A stretch of DNA of 63,515 nt, the filler included, from Collodictyon triciliatum (Eukaryota): NCBI GenBank assembly GCA_043381765.1. It is 10 parts of 10 records of this genome, joined end to end, with 100 filler letters (N's around TTAATTAATTAA, not from the genome) between each part and the next. Parts side by side here need not be neighbours in the genome. Positions count along the whole stretch, not along the records: positions 38,613 to 44,571 come from JBHJMP010003819.1; positions 44,672 to 52,278 come from JBHJMP010003820.1; 8 more parts are not named here. One strand, 5' to 3'. The notes under the pieces were generated by a model. It ran no database searches. It saw only the letters and a list, made by a program, of their open reading frames with translations, and was not told the origin of the DNA. A program made the position numbers and the translations under genes. Shown here piece by piece: positions 38,708 through 51,651 of this stretch. Each line of letters begins with the position of its first letter. The first letter of the stretch is position 1.

Positions 38708-38846
38708 ATGGCTGACAACCAGAGAGCTGGGTCTCTAAGTGTATATAGTGCTCTGTACATAATTCTTGTATATGTTTCATCTTATAGAAGCGAACGATAA
38801 TTCATTAAATGAATAATTTTATGAATTGCAAATCAACTGTAGATAT

Positions 38847-40945
38847 CTAGGCATTTTCATAGGTTCGGATGATGGGCCTTGTCTCTTCAGAATCATTTTC
38901 TTGCTTCAAAACCCAGCGGCGATACCAAAAGTGAGCATCGTCTTCGGGAATACGTGTTGGAATGGCCATCAACTGGATCAGTTAGAGATTTTAGATGACA
39001 CATCGCAGGGAGATAATTTTTTTTTAAAAAAAAAAACTATTTATAAACATTATTGGCCTATAGATAATGCGAGATAGAATAAACTAATTGTGTTTGTGGA
39101 AGAGGCCTCACTCACATGGAATTCAGAAACGGCACCAACAATTATAAGACCCTCGACATTCACAGATGAACCATCGCCAGTAAAGGATGAATAGGCCGAT
39201 GAAAACAATATGGTGATCGGGAATAAAAAGAAAGGAGTTGTGGAATTAATAAAAATAAAGAAGATGTACCAAAGAATCTTTCTCAAAAGAAGTTTCTCCC
39301 TTAGCCTAGTTTTTTTTTAAAAAAAAAAAGAGAAAAATTAGATAGGAGATAAGTGAAGTACAATAAAAAAAAAAAAAGAGCAAATAACTATACCATAAGG
39401 TATGTATAAATAAGTCAATGATATACGATTCCAGAATTAATGAAACCTTTTGCTTTCTGATATCCAGCCAGTTAAGGCAGACAGGAATAAGATTATCGAT
39501 GAATATGAAATAATATTTCGTAAATCTCCTAAAAATTTTTTTTGTTAAGAAAATAGACAAAAAAAAAAACTACTAGGCATACCTAGTGTGTTTCGTAAAT
39601 TGTTATTGTCTTATTTTTTGTTTTAAAAAGGTCAATTAATGGAGAAATTACCCGGGCTGAGGTCGATTGCAAATTCGAAGGAAAGATCGGGCAACATATG
39701 GCACCCATAAATCTTGTTTGGAAGGAAGCACAAGACAAATAAGAGGTGATATAGGTATAATCCCGAAATATTTGTGGTCATCTTCTCAAATAGATATTCC
39801 ACTGAAAATAAAGGCACTTGCAGAAAAAACATGACAGGGTATACAACCACCTGGTAAAATGTTGATAGTTAGTTGATTTTTAATACTGAGGATTTGTAAT
39901 ATAAAATACCAAACACATAATATAATATTGTCTGGGAATTTAATATATGAATCCATGATATCTCATGATAAAAATGGACCCACATAAATAACCTGTACGA
40001 TTATGATGCCAACATCAATCACTAGGTACAAAGAGGCTGAGAATACTTCATTCGATATTTCCTAGGTTAATTGCTTCATGTTATTTTTATCGTTACTGTG
40101 TATATGATCCACTTCAATTGTTGGCAAAATTAGCCCAAATTTTGGTGCAATATAGTTGAGTGGTGCAATGTTTAATACCTCAAAGCGGTCAGTGTTTATT
40201 GGGGCTAAATCGTTTCTGCCAGGAACAATGTATGTAATACATTCATCCTCTCCTTTGACCATCGTGTATTCCTGGTTGATCGCAGTCTCGAGGCAAAAGT
40301 TTGTCTTCTCAGAAATGTAGCATATACTAGAGTCGTTTTGGGACGGGATGAACGAGAAGTTCCCCTATATGTTTTTCTAATGATTATTTATGTCGATGTT
40401 TCCAAGCGTTGCACCGGATCATGTTTTTAGTTTACTTATACATATATTGTTTTCTCTCATAAAATATATGCTTAATCAGGAAAGGATCTATCATCAGTGC
40501 TATGCAAATATTACAGTATAATGTTGAAATCCACTGTATGTGAAAAATATGTAAAGCAGCAGAAGAGAAGGTCGGATTACAATCCACATGAAAGATGCCC
40601 GCGCCACCTTTACCGGCCAAAATAATCGTGAATATGTAGCCGTAGGCTAGACTTACAACGATGGGAGGAGCTACTTGTGCAAAAGACTAAAATATGGTTA
40701 TATTCCAAAAAAAATAGATAGATGGATAGATCCAAGTATAAATAGAGACATGTAAGGGTGTACATCCTATTGGAAGGAAACCATATGGGGCAAAAGAGAA
40801 CGTTTTCCCTTCCGCTTTTTTCTCCTTTTTTTTTCTTCATAACAAATAATTTGCGCTATGAGGCGAGAAAAATTGTTGTACTTACGCTTTCCTTGTTGGC
40901 TACTTCGGGATCCTCCTTCTTTATCAACTCGAGTACACTTTCCAT
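38847..40945 (-). CDS. Unknown multi-pass membrane protein, about 8 exons
   Basis: Phase-consistent GT-AG splice from MESVLELIKKEDPE to ...RPIIRTYENA* with several hydrophobic segments and a Cys-containing loop. Confidence 0.6.
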
Positions 40946-41340
40946 TCTCCTATTACTGCCCTGCTTTCTCCACCGGCTTCAGGTCTGCGCGGATCAAGTC
41001 GTGAGTTGGGGGTTTCTTCGAACAACTCGCTGATCTTTCTGCTGATCTGTTCTCTGCTGTAAATGAACCAAATATAGTATGTGTGGAATTGTTTATATGT
41101 GGAATATATAGTTTAAATGTACTTTATTCCATATAGAAATTATTTTAGGACAAAATTAAAGAAAAAAATATTATATATCATATAAATATTATATTTATAT
41201 GCATCTTGTTACCTCCACAGACAATAAAGCTTTTACGATGCGACGCACGCCAACACAGAAAGCCAAAACAAAATCAAAAAAAAAAGCTGTAAAAAAAATG
41301 AATAAATTAAAGGCGTTAACAGTGTTGATGCGCTTCTAGA

Positions 41341-44300
41341 ATGAGATCATCTGCTGACACCAAAAGCCGTTTACGTCGTCCTGGAGGAACTCCAAAGTAT
41401 GCCACATACTTTTTCTTATTCCTGGTAGCAGCGACCTCGGTGTTGTTACCGATTCTTTTACTTACCAACTCGCGGGCAGAGCTTTCTTCTGTGACAAAAG
41501 CAAAGAATTCGAAAGCACAGGAATACGCAGGTTTACAAAGTACAGATCAATCAAAGGCCGTCCTCTTCAGCCCAGACCAGAATGCAGCTGGGAAGCTTCC
41601 GTGCATATTTCAACGTTGTCAAGACACTCTCAAGCCCGCTCCCTGTGAGGTCCTACAAAACACAAGCACTGAAAATTATCCAACTCCACATCCTCCAAAG
41701 TCAAAGTTTGCCTATGTTACGATGCTCGGTTCCGAAAACTATCTTCCTGGTTGTCAAGTTCGTTTCTAAAAAAAAAAAAAAATTCGTTCAAGTTTACCCA
41801 CGTCTGTTATATGCCTTTGTTCTAGAAATATTTGTACATATGAAGATATAAGAACGATAAGAAATACAGAGAATAAAGACATTTTTTCCAAAAAAAAAAG
41901 CGATTTTTGACCTCTTTTTTGTGTTTTATCCTATAATACAGGTATTAATGCAATCCTTGGCAAACACAAACACAAAGAATGATATGGTTGTGATGTATAC
42001 GAAAGAGATAACTCGTCAATCTGTGTTCTATCTACATATATCGGGATTTAGAGTAATAAAGGTCCTTTTTTTTCCAAGGAAAAATATTATTAATTTAGTT
42101 AAAAAAAACTTCCACCAAATAAGTCAAGCTAGGTCTTGATTCATGATATCATGTCATTCCCTTGACGTTCTAATAACTACACCTCACTCCACGGACTTAA
42201 TTTTTATTTTATTATTATTCTTTGTCGATTGTTGTTTTCTTTACGATTAGGTAGATGAAGTATCGAACCCTACACCATCTGATACTTTTCACAAATTCGT
42301 CTGGAGTTCTGAAAGATACAAAGTATTCAAAATGGAATCAGATTTTTATCCATCTTATATATATGTGAAAATTTACCAAAGAGTCGCTCTCGTCTAATGA
42401 CCGCACCCGCACCATAATCAAAATCCGATTGGTTATCAAGGTGACCTATACAAAATTCCGAGCATGGAGTTTAACAGAGTACGAAAAAATTGTCATAATT
42501 GACAATGATATGATTGCGCTTCAAAATATCGATTTTTTATTCAAGATGGTACCTCCATCAGCAGTGGAATATCGAGGTATTTAAGAAAATAATGATGTTT
42601 TTTTTTCTCATTTCAGATATTGAAGCACTAATTCTTACTGCAATAGGCGTTGTGAATCCTTCTGTCCTCGTTATATGTCCCAGTATTCAAGAATATGAAA
42701 ATATTAAACAAAGTATACCAAAAATCAATTCATCCGATGGTGGTGAATTGGGTTTCCTCGAAAAGTATTGGGGGAGGTATTTACCAATTTTATCTCTTTC
42801 TTAAGCCATCGAATATATTCTCTCAAATGTATATCACTTTGTTTTTTTTTTTCGGTCATTATAGCAAAATATCATAATGTTGGATTTGATCGTAATCAAT
42901 TATCATTCTATGTTAATATAGGAGTTATCAAAAACTACCTGGGCTTTACAATGTTTATTTGTCCGAACTATCTTCCAGCTTAAATGACCCTACCGTTCTT
43001 TTATGGAGCAAAAAACAGAATCATCATGTACTTTTTCATTTTAATCTCGCCTTAACTAAACAAAAAAATATTTTATTTTACTAATTTCGATTTTACAGAA
43101 CGCTGAAAACAATGATATTCTCGTGAAGAAAGTAGGGTGATATTATATATGTATAATTTACCCAACCTCCACCAAAATGCTGCTTCATATATTAAATTTT
43201 GGAGAGAAATCATGCCTTAAAAAGAATTTTACTATTTATTGGCTGTTCTCATGGTCTTTATTTGTAACGCAGGTTAACGTTACTGGCCTCACAGTATCGT
43301 CAATAGTTAAGGCTGTTCATGTCACTGGCCAAATCAGTGGGGAGGTAGACAAGGTAAGTATTTGTAAATAAATGTACAAAACTACCAATGTTATATTCCA
43401 TTTAATATTTTATTTATTTATTTATTTCTACAGGCATGGTTGAGATGTCCGATTCCATTTGGATACGCATCTCTGTTAGGAGTAAAAGGAATAGGACTCA
43501 AGATGGTTAGAATTACAGTTCTATCGATTGCTTAAATGTTGTTGATTTCAATACTCGGTTTTCATCTCATTTGAAAGTATTCCTCGGTATATTCGTTGTA
43601 ATTTTTAACAATATATTAGCCTCTATGCTAATTCGATCATTCTGAATCAAGGGATCTAGTATATACCGTCACAGTCGATATAATGCGAGGTATATCATTT
43701 GGGACGTACATTGGAATCTGTATAATCAATTCTGGTCTCAATTGAAAGGAAAAGGACTTCAACTCAACTATGATACTTACAGTGTACGATGCAAATCACT
43801 TCCATGTTAAAAGCTTCAACTTTATTATATCATCTACTTTTTCCTTGGTAAAAATACCCATCATTTGATTTCCTATATCTGAATGATTTTGTAGCTTGTG
43901 GGGATTTGGGTCGGCGTGGATGGTAGTCATCATCATATCAGACAATATCAAAATCGAATTTTCATGATTTCTTATGATTATGGACATAAAAATTGCACAT
44001 TAACAGCAGAAGGACTATTGCATGGTATTTTAAGTCACAAAGCTTTACTCCCTTTTTTTTTCCCTTTTTTTTGGTTCGCCAACAATTCAAACTGAAAACA
44101 TACTCTAAAAATTTTGATGAATCAAAAATATAAATAGAAATAAGGTACTTTGAATCGAATAAAGGAAAAAAATATAGAAATAAGGTATTTGTTAACTTAC
44201 CTTGACAAAATAATTATGTATTAATGTATTGTCTAGGAAATCAAATGTTTTTGAAATGGTACAGATTAAACCCTAGCTCTGCCATAGTTAAAGGTGACAA

Positions 44301-44493
44301 TCGTGGTATCTTTTTTCTACAAACCATATTTCTAAAAGTGAATTTTGGGATTCATGCCTAGGATACATGATTTGTGAAGTCGCGAAAAAAGCAGAAGATT
44401 ATAAAGATTTCACTATTGTGCTCATTCATCACTCGGAAAATTTTGATTTGTTGAAAAACTTTCCTTTGCAAATGACAAGTGGAACATTTTCAG
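41341..44493 (+). CDS. GT8 (glycogenin-like) type II membrane glycosyltransferase with a C-terminal extension, 3' partial
   Basis: N-terminal TM; FAYVTML..ENYLPG; TYTKFRAWSLTEYEKIVIIDND (DxD); NPSVLVICPS; DGGELGFL; LPGLYN; HVTG...KAW. Confidence 0.85.
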
Positions 44494-47114
44494 GTTTTTC
44501 TCCTTTTTTCCTTTTTTTTTTTTTTTTTTTTTTTTAGTTTTTTTTTCAATTTTTTATTTTTTTTTTTTTTTNNNNNNNNNNNNNNNNNNNNNNNNNNNNN
44601 NNNNNNNNNNNNNNNTTAATTAATTAANNNNNNNNNNNNNNNNNNNNNNNNNNNNNNNNNNNNNNNNNNNNAAACAAAAAAAAAAAAAAAACAAAAAAAC
44701 AAAAAAAACAAAAAAACAAAAAAACAAAAAACAAAAAACAAAAAAACAAAAAAAAAACAAAAAAACAAAAAAGGTTAAAATATTGCATCTTATCCAACCA
44801 CAGAAAAGCTCTTAATTTGATAAATAATTCTCACAAAATCAAAGTTCAAAAAAAAGAAGAAATTCATGAAGTATGGACCCAGAAAAAAGCTGTCTTCAAC
44901 ATTGCATTAAATTTTCCATGTATTGTAATATATAGGACATAGTTAGGTGCAAAAGTGAAGATGCTACATCTTCGCTGATTTTATTGTAAATATTCTTTTA
45001 GAATAACGCAAATAATCAACATTTAAGTTTTGATTAAAGTAGATTGTTTATTTAAACAATTTTAAACGCCTGTGCATTTACGAATTACACTTTTGAATAA
45101 ACAAAAATAAAGAAGCATCATAAGACCCTGTTAATAAAATTTGTCCCAGAATAAGCCTAAGGATATCAAAATTTATATTATGAATACCCATATAAATTAA
45201 AAATGGACATATTTCTAAGCTTAGATAATTAATAGAATGATTCCTGTTTGTTAAATTATGTATGGTGCCAAAGATATATTTTGCTGAAAACTATTGGTAG
45301 ATTCGGAGTTATAAACAAAAATCTTAACTTTTATTCTCTTTAGAAATAGATTTTCTTTAGTTTATCTGAGAGCCCGCTTCTAACTGCAAGCTTATGATAT
45401 CAAAATACTAAACGGTCGGTTTTTGTGAAAATACCAATTAAACAGCTGAATTTTCATCGCCATGCTTCATCTCGCCATCAAGGCATGTTTGGGCTTGCTC
45501 GTGTAAAGCCTGGTTTGTTGGATACTCCAATATTATCAGTCCTTTTCCGGTAAGTTTCTTTAAAATAAATAGTTATAATTGCCACTCGATATGAGTGCAT
45601 TTTGTTTTGAGGTATATAGAAGCTTTGCATTAAAATAGGTCGCATAAAGTTTTTCTAAAGGATTCGCATTACATTATCGCATTTTCTTGTAAATTTTCGG
45701 CTCCATTACGCAAAGTATATGTCCATATTTTATTAAGAATGAATATTTGATGATTTTCTGAAAGCAAAACTTTAGGTAGTTGTTATGAAACGCATACTCA
45801 TATCTTTTTCGCCTCCTCCGTGATAAACCTTGAAAATGATTCATTTTAATCACTGATGGAGAACTCTTTGAAATGACTCATATGAATGCCCTTTGTTCAT
45901 TTTGACATACACTTCATCATAAATTATTCTAATTGTAAGTTGTATTTAGGACTTCCTGTTCATGACATAAGAGACAGTTCATTAAGACACATTTTTTTGT
46001 GCTAAATTCTTGTTGGTGATTCTTGTGATAAAGGTGTACGATTCCAAAAGTAATCAATCAAAATTGGCGGCCTATATTTCGTTCTTGCGTTAAGCAAAGA
46101 AAGCTAACATTTAGTATTTTTTTTATTCAATTTGTTTCCGATGGTAGAGGAAGTAATTTTAATATATTAGAAACCATTACATACCTCGTTAGTCAGCAGA
46201 TTTACGTCTGTAATCGCATAAGTAAAAGGCTCCTCGTCAAGGTTTGTGTTTGATTTTCTTGTATATTTTAAATTATATTATATTTTCCAGATTAAATACA
46301 AGGGCACAAGAAAAAATCCGTGCCATATCTAATCTGATATCAGTCGAGACCTAAATCCTGTGCTCTTCGCAGCCTAGTGGGATGCGTCTGAACTAGCCTC
46401 CTCTTCATGACATAAAGCGAATCCAGGATTCATTCGAGAAATCAATTAAAACATATAAAACTTTGCCATGTTAAAATATTTGTGATTAAAAACTTAACCA
46501 CCTTCAATCAAAACTCAATCAAGTAGTTTCAGAATTGTTCAGGTAATCGTGGTGGAGAGGCAAATATTTCATCGAGGCATATTACAGGATGCGCAAATGG
46601 TTCTTTGTATTCAAAAGATAGAAATGTTTATGGGAATTAAATTAAAAGAGCGTTTTTTATTTTGAATATTATCATATATTTATTTCCTTTTATTACTTAG
46701 CTAGCTATTGTTTTCAAAGTCTCGGTTAATCCGCGAGCGTCAAAAGTGCTTGAAAACGCATATGCATATATATTCAATTGTTAATGAGGCAAGGGTGCAA
46801 ACCAAATCAGACATGTTAAATCAGCATATCCAGACGCGCAATAAGAAAAATTTATCAATCAATCCTGATAATTCCCCGTCGTAATTCAGTATCAGTTCTT
46901 GATCTCATCTAATTTTTCGAATCATGGGACTGTTATTCACTTTCTCACCTCCGTTACTTCTATGCGCCAAAATCTTTTAATGTTATAATTACATTTAGAA
47001 AAAAATAATGTGATTATTTGATTTCTCTCCCCTTTCAGCATCTTCATGTTTTTTTATTTTTGTTTTTTATTTTTGTTTATTTTATCTCCAGAAGCATGGG
47101 ACAATTGTCGACCA

Positions 47115-48653
47115 TTAAACTTCTAGGCCCTGACGCAGGCTACCTTGCGATAACTGCTTGTCCTTATTCTCTTGGGCATAGTAATTGTCATCGGAACACG
47201 ATGAAGCAGACCTACGCTTCTGATAGTACACCGTGCCCGCAGCTAAAAGAGAAACACCAGCCACAGCTCCAACAACCCCGCCGATTACTGTCGCCACTTC
47301 GTCATTTCCATCATCCTCGCTGTCTTTGGTGGGTGTCATCGATGGGTAAATAACTAATAATCAATTTTTTGAGTCACAAAAATTTTGTAATGAAAACTTT
47401 TTTTGACATTGAAGAAGCAGTATTCATTCTCAAAATAATTAAATAATCATACTTTCTCCAAGTTTGAAAGGGAAGATGGCCCCGTGGACTGAACTGCCAT
47501 AGTTGCATAGAGGGTCACCTACAACCACAAATGAGGATGAAACTGTAGTCACTTGGCCATACTCTATGGTTGTCCCACGATCAAGTTCTGCGCGCAGTTC
47601 GACAGGGTCATACCAAGTCGAGTTGATGAATGAAAAGACGAAAACTCGCTTTCGAATGGCTCCAAGATCACCAACAACCAAAAAACCTGGAGCATAAGAA
47701 AGGGACGAGCCCAGATTTTCAGAACCAACGTTACTTAAGGTGGTATTCACAGTCCATTCACTGTTTGACAGCGACAGAATGTAAACCACGTTGCAGTTAG
47801 AACTGCAGCCAACTGCGACAGTAGAGTTTGAAATGATTGCAAGGGAGGAGCCAATGTCGGAATCATTTACAAGTGGCAGACTGACATTATAACCAATTTC
47901 AATAAACCAGCCTGACTCGCTGTATGAGTATTTTAATGCATACACTGAGCCTTTTCCATCATTCATCAAGGGAAACCCAACCATAGCCCATGTATCACTA
48001 ATGGCCAATGAAGCACTCAATGTCTTCTGAGAATCCGTTATTTGTGATAATCGTCCACCGCGATAAGGTAAAGGAAAGAATACAACGTGACTGACTTGAT
48101 CAATTTCGTCATACTCGTACGACATAACCACATCGCCTGATATTGCCAAAAGATTGCCCAAACCTTTAAAATCAGACCCTGGCGATATGTCATCAGAATG
48201 AACCCATTGCGAGTCTTTAAGTTCGAAGATAGAAATAAAACCTGATTTGTCAAACACTTGCTTTGTTAATGGGGCTCCTACAATGATGTAGTCGTCCCTA
48301 GCAGCAACTGAGAATCCGAAGTTTGCGTTTGCTTGCAATAAAGGGGATGTTAGCTTTGTAACATACTGGAGAAAGTCACCATTCCTCGTGTAGACAAGAA
48401 CAGAGCCAGCATTGTCATAGTAAACAGAGTCTGATACGATGTCATCGTAGGGCACGCCAACAGCGAGAGTCTTACCACTGGGCGACAGAGAAACCGAGTT
48501 TCCGTACTGGGCATACCTCGTTACGAGACTTTCGTCCGGCGAGATTGCTGGCAAAGTGTTCCACTCGTCCTGAGCAGCAACAAGAGAGCAGGCGAGAAGA
48601 CCCGCGATGGATGCGAGAAGCACAGAGGCAGCGAGCTTTTGGTGCTTTTGCAT
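47115..48653 (-). CDS. FG-GAP (integrin-alpha-like) beta-propeller type I membrane protein, 2 exons
   Basis: Signal peptide; YGNSVSLS..LAVGVP, FGFSVAA..IIVGAP and further FG-GAP-like blades; one intron near 47359-47453; TM VIGGVVGAVAGVSLLAAGTVYY followed by KRR. Confidence 0.85.
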
Positions 48654-49467
48654 TATCAGGATGCGAAGAACACACTAGGCAAAATGTAGATCAGAAAATC
48701 TGTCGGGGTGCGGGCGATAGCGCGACGGGTTGATTACGCCATCAAGGATTACAACAAGATTGTATGATAATTCAGGTTGCCGTGAACGAGAGCGAGTCTT
48801 GGGGTTAGACAAAGTGTTGGTAGGATTGGCTTGGGTGAGTGAAGATATGTTGCTCTTTCCTTCTGTTTCTATTGCTGTGATTTCGTCCGCATTTAGAAAC
48901 GATGGTTTGCTGTTGGGCGAGCGCGTAGAGCGCAGGTATATATACTCTGGAGAGCATCAAGGAATTCTTTGGATTTGCGCAGTCCCGTTGTGGCGAACTT
49001 TGGCATGTCCAGAGACCGTTCGTCGAACGCCGTCCAAATCCGTCGACGAGAATATTCCACACACGCTACGAATATTTCTCGGTGAACGGTTCTAATGCAG
49101 TATAAAATAAATAGTATATTAGATATGGTATATTATTATTCCTTTTCTGCTTATGTCGCCCAAGGTCAAGATGCGTGTTTGCTTTCTGTATTCTGGAAAG
49201 AAGGCTTTGTCAACATCCTGTGCGTATATCATAGCTGCATGGGCATACACGCTTGACATCCTTTTGTGAACGATGGAAAATAAAGAAAACTGCTGCACAC
49301 GGGTTGTGTTATTACTATGCTGGAAGAATATCAGAAAGTAAGTGCCCCTTTCGATTATTTTTTTTCGATTCCAATCATGATACAGACTCTGCTGTATCAG
49401 TAATTGTAAGGCACTTCAAAAACAGCGTGCCTATCCGTCGTCAAGAAATCTTGCGGCATCAAATAAT

Positions 49468-49772
49468 CAGCTTCAGCAGAAGTAAACCAACAGAGACCTC
49501 GGTGATGCTCTACCAACTACCACTGGACGTTTGGCCGCAAGTCCTTCATGAGGAGCTGAAGCCGTTCAGACCGACCCATGTGGAGATATCAAAAGGACAA
49601 AAGGCTTCTTCACAGACACAGCCGTGGTGAAGCTTCTTTGCCATAAGAACCAGCTCCATGCAAACTTTACGGTCATGGGTAAAAAGTGTCCAAAGCGCAT
49701 CCTCAAAGAGCGTCCGCCAGCCGCGAACAACGAACGACAAAAGCCCCGCAAAAGAATACACCCGCCAAGCAA
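49468..49772 (+). mobile_element. Truncated second copy of the ORF1-like element, abutting the THG1 3' end
   Basis: About 300 bp clearly homologous to the reverse complement of ~23998-24303 (SFSRSKPTET...KKCPKRILKERPPA), with a frameshift. Confidence 0.7.
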
Positions 49773-49798
49773 GACTTGTATAAAGTTTTTTATGTAAA

Positions 49799-51651
49799 CT
49801 AATCACAGGCCAAAATCTCTGGGTGATTAGTCCAGAATGCATCAGAGATAATATCATCATCTAGAATCACCACACGCATCTTTGAACGCACGACTTGTTT
49901 TCCGTCTCTCCCGGTGTGCTCTACATCGACCTATGACATAAAATATGAGAAAACATACTCTTTTCTTTCTTTCCTTTTTAAAAAGAACTTTCATAGCGAT
50001 GCATCTGAAGTGCTTGACACACTAAAGCATTCAGAAAACTAGGCAAGAAAATACAACTCACATTATGTCTTATCAGTGTGGACCCTTTGCGAAGGATGGC
50101 GGGGATGTGATTGTAATTAAGGTTGAACTGGGTGAACAACATTTCGTTCTTGAAATCTGACAATGTGCCCTGTTATACAAGAATTTATCATGTCGATTAC
50201 CATAACAAAATGTTCAGCATATTTTAAAAGCAATACATGCAGGCATACTTTCAAGGTCCTCTCGGATTCGTCTCTGGACTTTCCCGACTGCACCAGGTAC
50301 CAGAAGCAGGTGTTGTACAAATTGTTGATGTGGCCTTTGTGGATTAAAAATCATCAGCTATATTTTTGTTTATTTCTAATTATCAATTTTGGACACTGGT
50401 GTTTTTGTATATTTTTTTTACAAGAGGTGAAAGGTAGAATATAATCATGATACAAATGAATTTTATCTGCTGAGTGTCTTATTCCTCTGATTTAAAGAAA
50501 GGATGAATTTACTGTGATTTTTTCTTCTTCTTTTTTTTTTTTTTACTCACAATCAGCTTGTCTCCAGCTAAGATAATCTCTTAGATTCTTGTCCGTTGGG
50601 TAGCACACGGTACGGGCGTCAAAGGTTGGCGGGAACTGCAGCTCGACAGTAGGGAAGAAGCTTTTCCAATGGAAGACATAGCTTGCGGCAAAGAAACTTG
50701 ATATATTGGAGCATATCTTGCTAGAGTAGATAACGACAGGTAAAAGTCACACTCGATTTTTTTTGAGGTATATGCATACTCATATTTGATGAATCAGCCT
50801 ATAAAAAGACCAAAAAATAAAATAAAATAGATATTGGTGTTTCTTGACAAGAATTATTCCTTTTTGGAACAAGAAATGAGTGCAAAGAGAAAATTGACGG
50901 ATTCTAATCTTTCGTGAGTATTGAAGTGCCAAACTATGGCTGATGCAAACGAAGAAGCCTGGAGAGAAAATTAGGATAACATGACCTACATCGATATTAC
51001 CTAGATCTCCTGCTGAAAACGCTAGAAGTTTTCTTTATGACGAAGCTACGATATGAGAAATCCCATTAAAGCAGAAGCGAATACTAACTAAAGAGTATAT
51101 ATTTTTTTCATATATCTCATTTGATCCATATTTTTTTTTTGAGATGGGTGAGTCTATGGTCATAACATGAGTTAAAGTAAATAGTAACCTATATTCGTCA
51201 CTTTGGCCATACGCAAGAACGATATCGTGCCACTCGTAGACAACTGCTTCGGCACATCGATTCATTAAATGCAGTGCACGAAGGTCGTTTGGTTTTTCAA
51301 ATGAGTGAGCGTCACAAAACCTTGGCATGAAACAAAACAAAACAAAACAAAACAAAAAAAGAGTAAACAGTGACTAATAAGCGAATTGCAAAGTGAAGTA
51401 AAATGATTGTACACGAAGATAGAGATATTAAAAAAATAATTGATGCAACGAAATATGCTTGGCACGGGCGTAAATATATACATCTATGAAAAATCAAAAG
51501 AATTAAAGATAAAAATGAGTAAATGAAAAACGGGAGGACTATGTTACTTTGTAAAACCACGACCGTCGAGCCGAACAACGATCCAGGTGTTTGGAAGAAG
51601 AGAATCATTCTGCTCGAAGTGGCGCACATACTCAAACTTTGAGTTTGCCAT
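49799..51651 (-). CDS. THG1: tRNA(His) guanylyltransferase, 7 exons
   Basis: [72 protein letters not shown] and [15 protein letters not shown]. Confidence 0.97.

Noticed and set aside
44780-46900. Short transposase-like peptides (IIYDEVYVK, NLDEEPF) on the minus strand
   Set aside because: Too short and too interrupted to assign without a search.
49166-49883. 11-bp inverted match AAGATGCGTGT flanking the element fragment
   Set aside because: The right arm lies inside the last THG1 coding exon, so it is probably chance.
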